Below, piece after piece: positions 48,101-60,500 of a stretch of DNA of 64,000 nt. The notes below the pieces were generated by a model. The model saw nothing but the letters and a program-made list of their open reading frames with translations, was not told the origin of the DNA and ran no database searches. The position numbers and the translations under genes are program-made. The DNA is taken from positions 19,096,001-19,160,000 of the forward strand of contig CM097884.1 of the NCBI GenBank assembly GCA_044892505.1, given 5' to 3'. Origin of the DNA: Schmidtea nova (Eukaryota). Every line of letters begins with the position of its first letter. The stretch's first letter is position 1.

Positions 48101-51100
48101 NNNNNNNNNNNNNNNNNNNNNNNNNNNNNNNNNNNNNNNNNNNNNNNNNNNNNNNNNNNNNNNNNNNNNNNNNNNNNNNNNNNNNNNNNNNNNNNNNNNN
48201 NNNNNNNNNNNNNNNNNNNNNNNNNNNNNNNNNNNNNNNNNNNNNNNNNNNNNNNNNNNNNNNNNNNNNNNNNNNNNNNNNNNNNNNNNNNNNNNNNNNN
48301 NNNNNNNNNNNNNNNNNNNNNNNNNNNNNNNNNNNNNNNNNNNNNNNNNNNNNNNNNTTTCATTAATTTTTTGCATTGCTAGTAAATTAATTATTATTTT
48401 ATTNNNNNNNNNNNNNNNNNNNNNNNNNNNNNNNNNNNNNNNNNNNNNNNNNNNNNNNNNNNNNNNNNNNNNNNNNNNNNNNNNNNNNNNNNNNNNNNNN
48501 NNNNNNNNNNNNNNNNNNNNNNNNNNNNNNNNNNNNNNNNNNNNNNNNNNNNNNNNNNNNNNNNNNNNNNNNNNNNNNNNNNNNNNNNNNNNNNNNNNNN
48601 NNNNNNNNNNNNNNNNNNNNNNNNNNNNNNNNNNNNNNNNNNNNNNNNNNNNNNNNNNNNNNNNNNNNNNNNNNNNNNNNNNNNNNNNNNNNNNNNNNNN
48701 NNNNNNNNNNNNNNNNNNNNNNNNNNNNNNNNNNNNNNNNNNNNNNNNNNNNNNNNNNNNNNNNNNNNNNNNNNNNNNNNNNNNNNNNNNNNNNNNNNNN
48801 NNNNNNGGATGACTTATTTGTTTTTAACAAGTAAAGCTTGTGATGCTTTGTGATACCCAGTGCAAATCCCCAATAGCAGACTAGTTTCGAGCATTTTGCT
48901 CTCATCAGTGCTATGCAGGAGACGCGAAAATTTCTCTCCGCGCCAGGCAAGTATAAAACAAAGTCGAAAGATTTTTGTTTTATACTATACCTGGTACACT
49001 GGATAAAACATCACTTGAATATGCAAGGTCCTACAGATAATCTGTAACTTGCAAACATGGCGTATGAATTTCATTTTCACCTCTGCGCACTAAAAGTGTT
49101 CAACAGAAACTTTTTGCAAGCGCACCCGACTGCCTTAGCTTCATTATTTCAATTTTCGCGTCTCCTGCATAGCACTGATGAGAGCAAAAAGCTCGAAACT
49201 AGTCTGCTATTGGGGATTTGCGCTGGGTATCACAAAAAATCACAAGCTTTCCTTATTAAAAACAAATAAGTCATCCGACAAATGTTTTTTTCAAAAGATA
49301 TTTCAAGTAATTTGCCTATCCACATCCGTTCAACGTTCATAACCTCCGCAGCGTTAAAATCACAACTCCGAAAGCCACCAATATCAAACATCTCCAAACA
49401 TAAATATCTTTGCCGTTCCACAACCCGATGCTTTTGCTTTTCAAAAAAATATAGTTTATAAACTTTCTTGTCAAAAATGTGATGCTACTTACATAGGAGA
49501 AACACAGAAATTTTCGCATCCGATTTAATGAGCACACTAAAAACAAAACCAGCAATTATAACGAACACTGGAAGAAAGTACATAAAATAACTCTATCTAT
49601 AGATTAACAAAATGACAGATTCTACAAAGAGGGATTCAAAAATTCATTACAAAGATTAGCTTCCGAGACATTTTACATTAAAAAAATACAAACCACTCAT
49701 CAACATTCAATTCGCACAAAAATATCATGTTTAAAAAGAAAATTAAAATAAATTTATTTTCATCCAATAAAATCATTATAAAATATTAAAAAAATAATTA
49801 AGGCTACTATTTAGGATTATGTTAATATAACGATTGTATTACACATTTGATAAAGGCTGTGCCGAAATATTGTGTTCTTATTTAAAGAAATTTTGATCCA
49901 TAGTCTTACCATTATGGAAATTATTGATATTAATATTATTAATATTTTTATTATTATTATTAATTAATATTGTTAATATNNNNNNNNNNNNNNNNNNNNN
50001 NNNNNNNNNNNNNNNNNNNNNNNNNNNNNNNNNNNNNNNNNNNNNNNNNNNNNNNNNNNNNNNNNNNNNNNNNNNNNNNNNNNNNNNNNNNNNNNNNNNN
50101 NNNNNNNNNNNNNNNNNNNNNNNNNNNNNNNNNNNNNNNNNNNNNNNNNNNNNNNNNNNNNNNNNNNNNNNNNNNNNNNNNNNNNNNNNNNNNNNNNNNN
50201 NNNNNNNNNNNNNNNNNNNNNNNNNNNNNNNNNNNNNNNNNNNNNNNNNNNNNNNNNNNNNNNNNNNNNNNNNNNNNNNNNNNNNNNNNNNNNNNNNNNN
50301 NNNNNNNNNNNNNNNNNNNNNNNNNNNNNNNNNNNNNNNNNNNNNNNNNNNNNNNNNNNNNNNNNNNNNNNNNNNNNNNNNNNNNNNNNNNNNNNNNNNN
50401 NNNNNNNNNNNNNNNNNNNNNNNNNNNNNNNNNNNNNNNNGTTGATTAATTAAAATTTGTAATTTCTTTAAATTATTTATATTAAATTTTTCTTAAATAA
50501 TAATTATTGGAAATCATTTTATTGGGACCTAACCAATCAACAATTTGTGCCTGACTTATAGATCAATGATAAAGTGAGGAGTGCAGAATGTGTCAACAAT
50601 TGTTGCGAATGTATTACGCTGTGTTATTTAATCAGGTAGAGTCATGATTATCGCGTTAATATCGTGATCAGTCGATCTCAAATATGCTCAAATATTTGTT
50701 TAATCAACCGGGAAATTTCTGCCAATAAAAATTTTTTTGTTTGTAAATCGTGACAATTCCATTTCATAGTTATATAATTGCTAGTTCAAGGAAATTTATA
50801 TATTTATCGATCTTTCTCTGTTCTTTTATGCTATAAAATGCCGTTTATACTATTAATTTACATGATTATTCTTCATTATTAGTTCTTTAGTCTATCATTA
50901 ATTCTAGGTCCATTTGAAATATATCTTTGGAAATGAGTTGAAATGAAATATTTTTTTAATCTTGATTATACAGCATATATTTCTCGATTACCAATTCTTT
51001 AGAAAATTTATTCTTTTTTGTATTTTTCTTCAAGTCGCAATATTACAATTTATTTCTGTAACATGCGCTTTATTAGTGTTTGTTTTATTTTATTTTCTCC

Positions 51101-51226
51101 TTCCCACTGACTGTACAACAAATATGTATAAAAGAGTTTATCATAAAAAATATTAATTTACTATAGTTACTGATAAATTACAGAAAATGATAATAAATAT
51201 CATTTTATGAAATCGAAATGGCAAAA

Positions 51227-51262
<36 letters not shown>

Positions 51263-54200
51263 TAATACCTTGCTTTGCGACAATAACTGCTTTCCATAAA
51301 AATCGCAATTCGAAATAAACTTATGGAATTGTACTAAAATACGAAAGAATCCTGAATTTAAAAATCTGTTTACCCAAAAACAAGGTAATTACAAGTTATT
51401 AATACAAGTTTATTTATTAATATATAGCAAAATAAAACGTAACAATTCTTTAAAATACAAAATTCAATTTGTTTATCAATAATATTCTAGGAACTATACA
51501 TAAACATTAATTATCAAGAATCAGAATCTAACACTTGTGGCTGCAAATATCTTTCTAGCGTTTGCTGGATTGTTATTTTTTTTTCGTTCTACACAACTGA
51601 TAAAGGCTGTGCCGATATATTGTGTATTTATTTAAAGAAATTTTGATCTATAGTCATCCATTATGGGAATTAGTGATATTATTATTATTAATATTATACA
51701 AAAAAAAGCTTGTGATTTTTTTTGTGATACCCAGTGCAAATCCCCAATAGCAGACTAGTTTCGAGCTTTTGGCTCTCATCAGTGCTATGCAGGAGACGCG
51801 AAAATTTCTCTCCGCGCCAGGCAAGTATAAAACAAAGTCGAAAGATTTGTGTTATATACTATACCTGGTACACTGGATAAAACATCACTTGAATATGCAA
51901 GGTCCTACAGATAATCTGTAACTTGCAAACATGGCGTATGAATTTCATTTTCACCTCTGCGCACTAAAAGTGTTCAACAGAAACTGTTTGCAAGCGCACC
52001 CGACTGCCTTAGCTTCATTATTTCAATTTCTTGAAATATCTTTTGAAAAAAACACATTTGTCGGATGACTTATTTGTTTTTAACAAGTAAAGCTTGTGAT
52101 GCTTTGTGATACCCAGTGCAAATCCCCAATAGCAGACTAGTTTCGAGCTTTTGGCTCTCATCAGTGCTATCTGTATTATCTGTAGTATTATCTGTAGGAC
52201 CTTGCATATTCAAGTGATGTTTTATCCAGTGTACCAGGTATAGTATATAACAAAAATCTTTCGACTTTGTTTTAGACTTACCTGGTGCGGAGATAAATTT
52301 TCGCGTCTCCTGCATAGCACTGATGAGAGCCAAAAGGTCGAAACTAGTCTGCTATTGGGGATTTGCACTGGGTATCACAAAAATAATCACAAGCTTTTTT
52401 TTGTTTAAAACAAATAAGTCATCCGACAAATGTTTTTTTCAATTATTAATATTGTTTTTATTATCTTTGTAGCAACTTATATCATCAATATATATTGAAC
52501 AACTTTTGTACTTCTTTTTTTCGTCAAGGTCATTTTGTCCAAAAATCGAAGTGACTTCATTAATAACAGCCATAGCTTTACTAATTTGTTTTAGAGGTTA
52601 ATATTTTTGGCTCAGGAGTTTTTTTGGATTTTCCACTAAGTTGTCTTTGTATTACAGTTCAAGATCTAGTTCCATCAAATCGTCATGTCATCATTTTGTG
52701 TTAAAATAAACTTGTTAACATCGACTTCATTCATTCCTTCAAATTCATTTGCTTCTGTACAGGTATCATCAATATAACCGATTTCATTTGAGTTAGTTTT
52801 TTTCGAACACACTCAGGCCAGATCTTCCTCCAAACACGATTCATGCAGGATGTTTATACGTCTTTCCATGATTCTGCAATATTATTCACTACATACATTA
52901 CATTATATTTTTTTACCAAAAACTGGAATTTCACTTTTTGCTAACAAAATATTATACAAAATTAATATTAACACTGTAACTGATATTTTCTTTAAAGAAA
53001 ATTTTTCTTTCAATTTTTTGCGTCGGAATATGAAAAGACGCAAATTGAAACGTCGCAAATATCTCTCTCTCTCATGCAAAGTTAATTATAAATAAATAAT
53101 ATAATTATAGAAGTGCATTGTAAAAATTAAAGATATTGGTTTGAAATTATATTAAAGTGCAGTTTTTTATAAAATTAAACTAAATTTTGTGTTAATTATT
53201 TCTATTGTCAAAAGATTTTAAGTTTACTGACAAAAACTAAATTATACTGACCAAATATCTAAAATGTAAGTTATGACTGACCCTTAATTGTTATTACTGA
53301 TCAAAATATTACTCTGTACTGGTAAAATATTTAATAAAATACTGACCGTTTATTATAAAAATTACTGACCAAATAAAAAGAAATGATTATAAAATAAATC
53401 TTTAAAAAATATTATTAATACGATATTTGAGAGAGATGCCTTTAACATATTTCAACAATATCTCGTCTAATGATTGATATACCGGCGCTCCTTTATCCTT
53501 CTAAATTTGTAAGCCTTTCTAGTTAATGTTGAGAAGCCTAGGTCACATAAATATTATGTCAAAAATGGTAATAAAACTTTGAGTACTCTTGTGAATAGAG
53601 TGAATTTTCGACTTGGATAGAAATCCAAAATTCCTCAAGAGTTTTTTCTGAAAATTTTATTTTTATAGTACGATCCGTTGACAAGGAATTTAAATCTTGT
53701 TCTTCCTGTAACAAAAATCCTCAACTCGATATATCAGTTATTATGCTAAATGGATTTCGCATCTAATCATAATTATTTATCTTCAATAAAAGTATCTAGC
53801 AATTTTTTCCAAAATTAATAAATGCTTTAGATTGGTAAATATACTGATAATAATTCCCTTAATATCTTTATAATTAAGCGAAGGTTTGGTTATTAGTGAA
53901 TTTGCTGGTAAATAACAATGATCTAGCTCTAGAGTTTCCATTTCCCGTTCGTTTCTGTAACCATTCAATCCCGGGAGTTGTTTATAATAATTGTTTTTAT
54001 AATAAATAAACAAAAATAAAATTGTATTTTTATCACATGAATTCGTCAAAACTTAAAATATCATTTAATAATGTCGAAAAGTTTAATAATTAATCGTTTT
54101 TTTCCATATTTAATAAAATATGTTTTTACGAAATATGAAAAATTTAGTGAATAATCTTAATGCGTGGTCTTCTTTTCGTAGGAAATGATCCCACAATTGA

Positions 54201-57200
54201 TAACACTTTTTATGCGTCCTTCGACGTTAGCTTTACAGCTTTTAAGGCATCCAGTATAATTTTCAAGCTGGGTGTCTATTCTACTGTTACATTAAATATT
54301 TACAATTTTTTAGTGAAATTGTTAATATTGGTCGTTATTTGCATCAGAGACTTTGTCGAATCACTTATTGGGAGTGTCAAAATTACTCGATCTTTCTTTT
54401 TCAGGAACGTCAAAATCTAATTGATCCATACTTGCTTTCATAAATTGATTCGAAAAATATTTTGACATTAGTTCTTAAACTAGTTTGCTAATTGCTGCTT
54501 TACACGATTTTTCAAAAACTGGATAATTGGATCTAAAAGACTCTAAATCTTGTAAACACTGCATTAAAGACACAAGTGTTGAATATCTTATTTCAAATAT
54601 TCGTTTTTTAAGCTGTGCAAGAAGGATTTTGGATAAGGTAGTATAAAAGTCTTTGAGTGATTTAATGATAAAAATTATAATTTCCTCACTTGTTAAACGA
54701 ATAGCATCACGCATAGGTAATGTTTCTAAAGCTATTTTCATTGGTTTTGTTGGATTATTTGTGAATTTCTCGGTAGATAACATTGACTTCTTGTGCTTTT
54801 CTTTATCGAATAAAAGAAAACCGAACACAATAAAATTTATTTACAAATAATATTCTTTGATACACAACATCTGCAATTTTTGATATATTTTTAATGGTAG
54901 GTAACCTTTATGGGTCACCGAATTGTTGAAAAGCTTAGTATGCTCAAAAAAAAATTATTTACTTTAACGTTTCTAACTTATTTAATATCAATTGTTATGA
55001 AATCTTTACTCAAAAGACTGGCAGATTTTCTAACCACTTGGCCGTTTGTAAAAAATGTTTTGTTCCTCTCGCATCAATCATCCTAGTGAATTGAATTATT
55101 AGGCCTCAATCTATCTCTCTTCAATATAAAAACTCTAAAATATTTGATTATTTTGATTTAAGTTTGACCGGTTGACACCTCACCTGTCAATCTTGTGATT
55201 TTTGTTGATTAATTAAATCGTTTAGTTTATATCTATTAATTAATTAGTCAGTTTGTATTTTCTAAAACAACTTTGTCTAGAAATATCCGTCGATTTGAAA
55301 TTATATTCGTACACATCTCTTAATTTGCCACCCGTTCATATATATTTCCTCTGAAAATTATTATTTTTTCAATTTTTAAAATAATCTTTTTTTCATTAGT
55401 TTAATTTATGCCTTTTTTCAATTTTTGCTTCAATTTATGAAACCCAAAACTACTGTATTAATTAGACTAAACAATTTAATATGTTTAATGTTTAACTGAT
55501 TATGAAATTAGAAGTATTGTATTTTATTTCTTAATATTTAATAAAATTTTTGGGTCAAACTAAGTTATTTTTATTACTATTTTAAATTCTATTTTTCTAA
55601 ATTCATTACATACGCTAACGACAAACAATAACTCTAACTGACCCAATACAACTTTTCGGACAATTTCCTAAAATATCCACTAACATAATTACACGTCTCC
55701 AAAAAAGAAAACAACAGATTAGCATAGAATAAAATTATTGAATAAAATGTAGAACATAATTTTTGAATATTTTAAAAAATATTTCCAATAATAACTTAGC
55801 AAAAAATAATAATCCCGATTAATTTATTTAAATGTGGGCACTTGATTGAAACTAAAATCTGAAGAGGGCAAAAATAATGAAATATAAAATAATCTAGTGT
55901 TTTGTAATTTCTACGGTTTTATTTTATATTTTTACTCCGACAAAATTAATAGAAATTTTATATAAAATGAATTCTGGTTATGGATCGATTTAATTTTGAC
56001 ATATTTAATTTTCGATTACTTTAAAACTCTGTCAGAACATATTGATTTAGTTTGAAATTTTCGTGGTGCGTTAAAAAAATACTCGACGAAACTGGAAAAA
56101 AACAATATTTAATAATCCAATTTTTTGTACATTTCTTTAATATATGTAGGTTTTAATTTTTTGTTTTTTGTTTATATTTTTGGTTAGTTACAATTTTTAC
56201 GTGTCTTTTTGAAATTTCGCCATAATCATGATTTCTGAACTGTAATTTGACAACGTAATCAAGTTCTTCGTTTCGCAGAAGAAAATGTATAGTAAAATCC
56301 TTGACCTATCAAAAGATTGCCCTATCGATGACTCCTGTTAAATGTTGAATGAGAGAATTCAAATAAGGGAGCATCTCAGTTTATGATGAAAAAAGATAAG
56401 AACAGCTAGCAGAAATTTGCCATCTGTAAATGAAAAATTACAGAAATAATTCTAAAAATAGCGTCGAATTACCATGGGAATGCTGTTAACGCATCTGAAT
56501 ATCAGTGTTAGCACTCCTAATGCAGGATTGAAGTATTTTGGTCTCAGAAAACTCTGTACCTCATTCTCGCCTTGCTTATTGACTTACAAAATGACGGAGA
56601 GACGATTGGAGGGCTGCAAAAACAATCTGTGCCCGTGGAAACAAATTTAATAACCGAAGATAAAAGCTCAATCAGCTTGTATTTGTCTGAAATCAAACGC
56701 GGTTCATCAGAGTAAAAATTCCCTGGTGGAATCTTTCCTTGAAGATGAGAATAGAATCAAACTATGGACAGGTGCTGATGCTTTCCATTTTTCGGATCAA
56801 TAAGCATAATTCTCAATGATTTCGCGTACAAAACTGTCAAAATCAATTCAGACCATATTAGTCAGTTTATGCAAACTTCCAAGCACAAAAAGAAAAAGGC
56901 AACAATCACACCACTTTGGTTCTTGTAAGACAATGTCCCGGTGCGCACATGTGGTGTTTCTCGAACCGCAACTAAAGTTGTCGGTCTGATGCATGTGGAT
57001 CACCCTGCATAGAGCCCTGATTGGCACGAGTAACAACGTCTGCATCAAAGGATAATTTGAAGGCTGCTGTGTAGAATTTCTATGCCTAGTACTCTTCTTA
57101 TTATTTCATATTGGCAGAAATGTGTGAAGCGAAATGGTAGATATGTTGAAGATAATACCTATGTATGTTGATGTTCTTTTAATAAAAAATTTATGTTAAT

Positions 57201-57460
57201 AGAATATTGTTTTACACCTCAGTTCGAGTACTTATTGAACTCACCATGTAAATGTATTTTATAGATTTCCTTTATGTTAAAATTGCAACAGTTGATTTTT
57301 ATCGTTTTTTCGACTTTTGGTGAATATTTTTTTAAATTTAACCAAAATCGACAGTCGCAATAAATAAATTGAAAAGAAATTGAAAAAAGATCAATGGTGA
57401 TTGAACTAGAACATTTTACTTAAACACTTAATTAGCTTACTTTATGGTTCTATATAAAAG

Positions 57461-57520
<60 letters not shown>

Positions 57521-60500
57521 TCATAATTATCTTTTATCACCTTTGATCTTTTTTTATTATTATTATCAATAATTCTCATAATGCTGACTATAGATCAAAA
57601 ATTTTTTTATAAACAATAACACAATATTTCGGCACAGCCTTTATCAAGCCGCCCCGGACATCTAAAATTAGCAATAAATTCAGATACTGTCATAATTAAA
57701 GAAAAACCATTCAAACAAATTCATGGATTAGCCATGGGTAATAACCTTTCTCCCATCTTAGCCATCTTCTACATGAACTTTATAGAATCTAAGATCCTAT
57801 CTTTTTTTGGGGACAAAATACTTTTCTGGAAACGATACATCGACGACATCTTCATAGTCTCCACAATCCCTCTCAATCAAATCTTATCACACGCAAATTC
57901 TACTAACACTAGCATACAATTTACTTTTGAAACATCGAACACAGAAAGTAAAATACCGTTTTTAGATACCATGGTAAGTTTCACAAAAGGCCAAGATACA
58001 CTAAATGCAAACACCGAGCTATATTCTAAAAGTTTACATAGTGGTCATATCCTCCCATGGAAAAGCCACGTTCCACTTCAACGCAAAATCGCATTACTAA
58101 TAGGAGAAAGAAAAAGAGCCATAAGAAACTGTTCAGGCGCAAACAAAATACAAGAAACATTAGAAAACTTCAAAATACGATTCCTCCAAAATGGACACCC
58201 TGAAGAATTTGTAAAGAAATACTTCCTTAACGAACCATACCACAATAAACGCAACAATATGAAACGCCAGAAACACAATAACAATACAAAAACACAACAT
58301 ATCTAAGATTACCTTTCCTAAATAACACTACAGCCAACAAAATCACCAACATTTTTAATCAAACAGATTTGCCTATCCACATCCGTCCAACGTTCATAAC
58401 CTCCGCACCGTTAAAATCACAACTCCGAAAGCCACCAATTTCCAACATCTCCAAACATAAATGTCTTTGCCGTTCCACAACCCGATGCTTTTGCTTTTCC
58501 AAAAATATAGTATATCAACTTTCTTGTCAAAAATGTGACGCTACTTACATAGGAGAAACACAGAACTTTTCGCACCCGACTTAATGAACACACTAAAAAC
58601 AAAACCAGTAATTATTATGAACACTGGAAGAAAGTACATAAAACAACTCCATCTATAGAAGAAACAAAATGCCAGATTCTACCAGAGGGATTCAAAAATT
58701 CATTACAAAGATTAGCTTCCGAGACTTTTTACATAAAAAAATACAAACCATCCATCAACATTCAATTCGTACAAAAAAATTAAAATAAATTTTTTCATCC
58801 AATAAAATCTTTATAAAATATAAAAAAATAATTAAGGTTACTATTTAGGATTAAGTTAATATAACGATAGAAATACACACTTGATAAAGGCTGTGCCTAA
58901 ATATTGTGGTATTGTTTAAAAAAAATTTTGATCTATAGTCATCATTATGAGAATTATTGATAATAATAATAAAAAAAGATCAAAGGTGAAAAAAGATAAT
59001 TATGATTATATATATATATATATATTGGAGAAAGAATGAGTCTTTAGTGTCTGACTCAAAAGAATAATTTCTTTCATTTTCCTAATCACGCACGCAAGCT
59101 TTAAATTTCATGTTATTATAGCCTTTCTGCTCTTCTTTTCTTATTAAAAAAAAATTACGTAAATTATTTTCACCATTACCGCATATTAAAAATTTATCTC
59201 TTAGTAAGAATTCTTATCATTGATAACCAAATTATCCTCAAGAAAATCATTGACCTGATTTATTCGCTATTTCTTGGTTCTTCTCTGAATATTATATTCA
59301 ATTGCGTGATTAATCTCAAATTCATCTGTCAAATGAATTATCTTGTAAAAGTTCTCTTCTATAATTGACATAGCATCCTAATTGATTGGCATTAGCTCCA
59401 TTTGTGTCTCTTTAAAATGTTTCTAGATTACTCATTGTGGCTTCTATATAACTGCTTTTCTTTATTACAATAATTTCTTCAGTTTTTTCTTAGGATTTCG
59501 CATTTTCGTAAATTTTGGCAAAGTTATTACGCTTTTATGGTGCCATTATTGTTTTTGTTGTTATTGCGTCTTTTAATCTTTTCTCTTTGACTCGTCCGAT
59601 TATAATTTCTCATATAATCTCAGATGGTTATAATCTCATACAACTTCATCCACTAGTTTTATTTTCATTTTGTCTGATTGTAGTAAGTCCTTTAATCTTT
59701 ACCAACATGGTTAACTTTATAGTAAATGTTTCGGTAAACCATTTTTTTATCAGTTGTTTTCACACTTTTAAAAATTTTCTGTGACTGTTTCATCGCGAGG
59801 TTAAAATCGAATGCTTCTGTTCATTTTTCGTCATTCTAGAAATCTAATCATCGATAGCTTGTATCCATTTTTCAGCTTCTTTGGATTATCTGCCGTTATA
59901 TCTCCTTATTCCTATATATAAGAGTTCCTGAGCTCTTTTTGGTTGAGTGTCTCTTGCTGATCTTTTTCCATCTCGTCAAGTCGTCATTGTGTGTAAATTT
60001 ACGGCGTGGTTGCAAGTTAAGACACTTGAATTCATCTGTAAAATTGATTAAATATTGAAATCTGAAACCAATTAAATTGCATCCAAACACTTTGTTTGGA
60101 TTATCTATTAAAAATAAAATAGATAGTTCTCTAGATGAAACATCATAACTTATAATAATAAGATACGTGATGCGTTTACAAAGTTCCTGGTCCCAAGTAT
60201 AGAATTAAAAAATAAATACTTAGTCATTTATAATTTTAAAGTTGTCATATAAGTATAAGTGAAGAAAATTAAATTTGTTTTACTCGGTCATTGTTCTTTA
60301 TCATAATAACGCTAGAGTTTTGAAAAATTGATAAAGTCATGATTTCACCAATCAAATATTGAAGTGTGATTTAATAATTTATCAATTGTGAAAAATTGGG
60401 TAAATGCATTCGAATGTAGTCGCATATTAGTCTTTGATAACTACAGAGAAAGTGGGTCACATGAAATTTGTGACAATATATGCGAAAAGTTGCTAAAAAA

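Larger units (their letters stand above)
48807..49307. mobile_element. retrozyme-like unit, inverted pair (- 48807-49154, + 49155-49307)
   Basis: Same sequence as the 382-bp unit at 51753-52134; non-coding. Confidence 0.8.
51706..52440. mobile_element. retrozyme-like cluster: 1.2 tandem units on - (51706-52170) plus an inverted partial unit on + (about 52188-52440)
   Basis: 83-bp direct repeat 51706-51788 / 52088-52170; three hammerheads. Confidence 0.85.

Noticed and set aside
47878-48403. The same 46-bp sequence twice between N-gaps, similar to 41270-41311
   Set aside because: Most likely a collapsed AT-rich tandem array or gap-filling artefact, not a biological repeat-spacer array.
7059-50449. 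ORFs made mostly of X residues
   Set aside because: Artefacts of translation through N-gaps.
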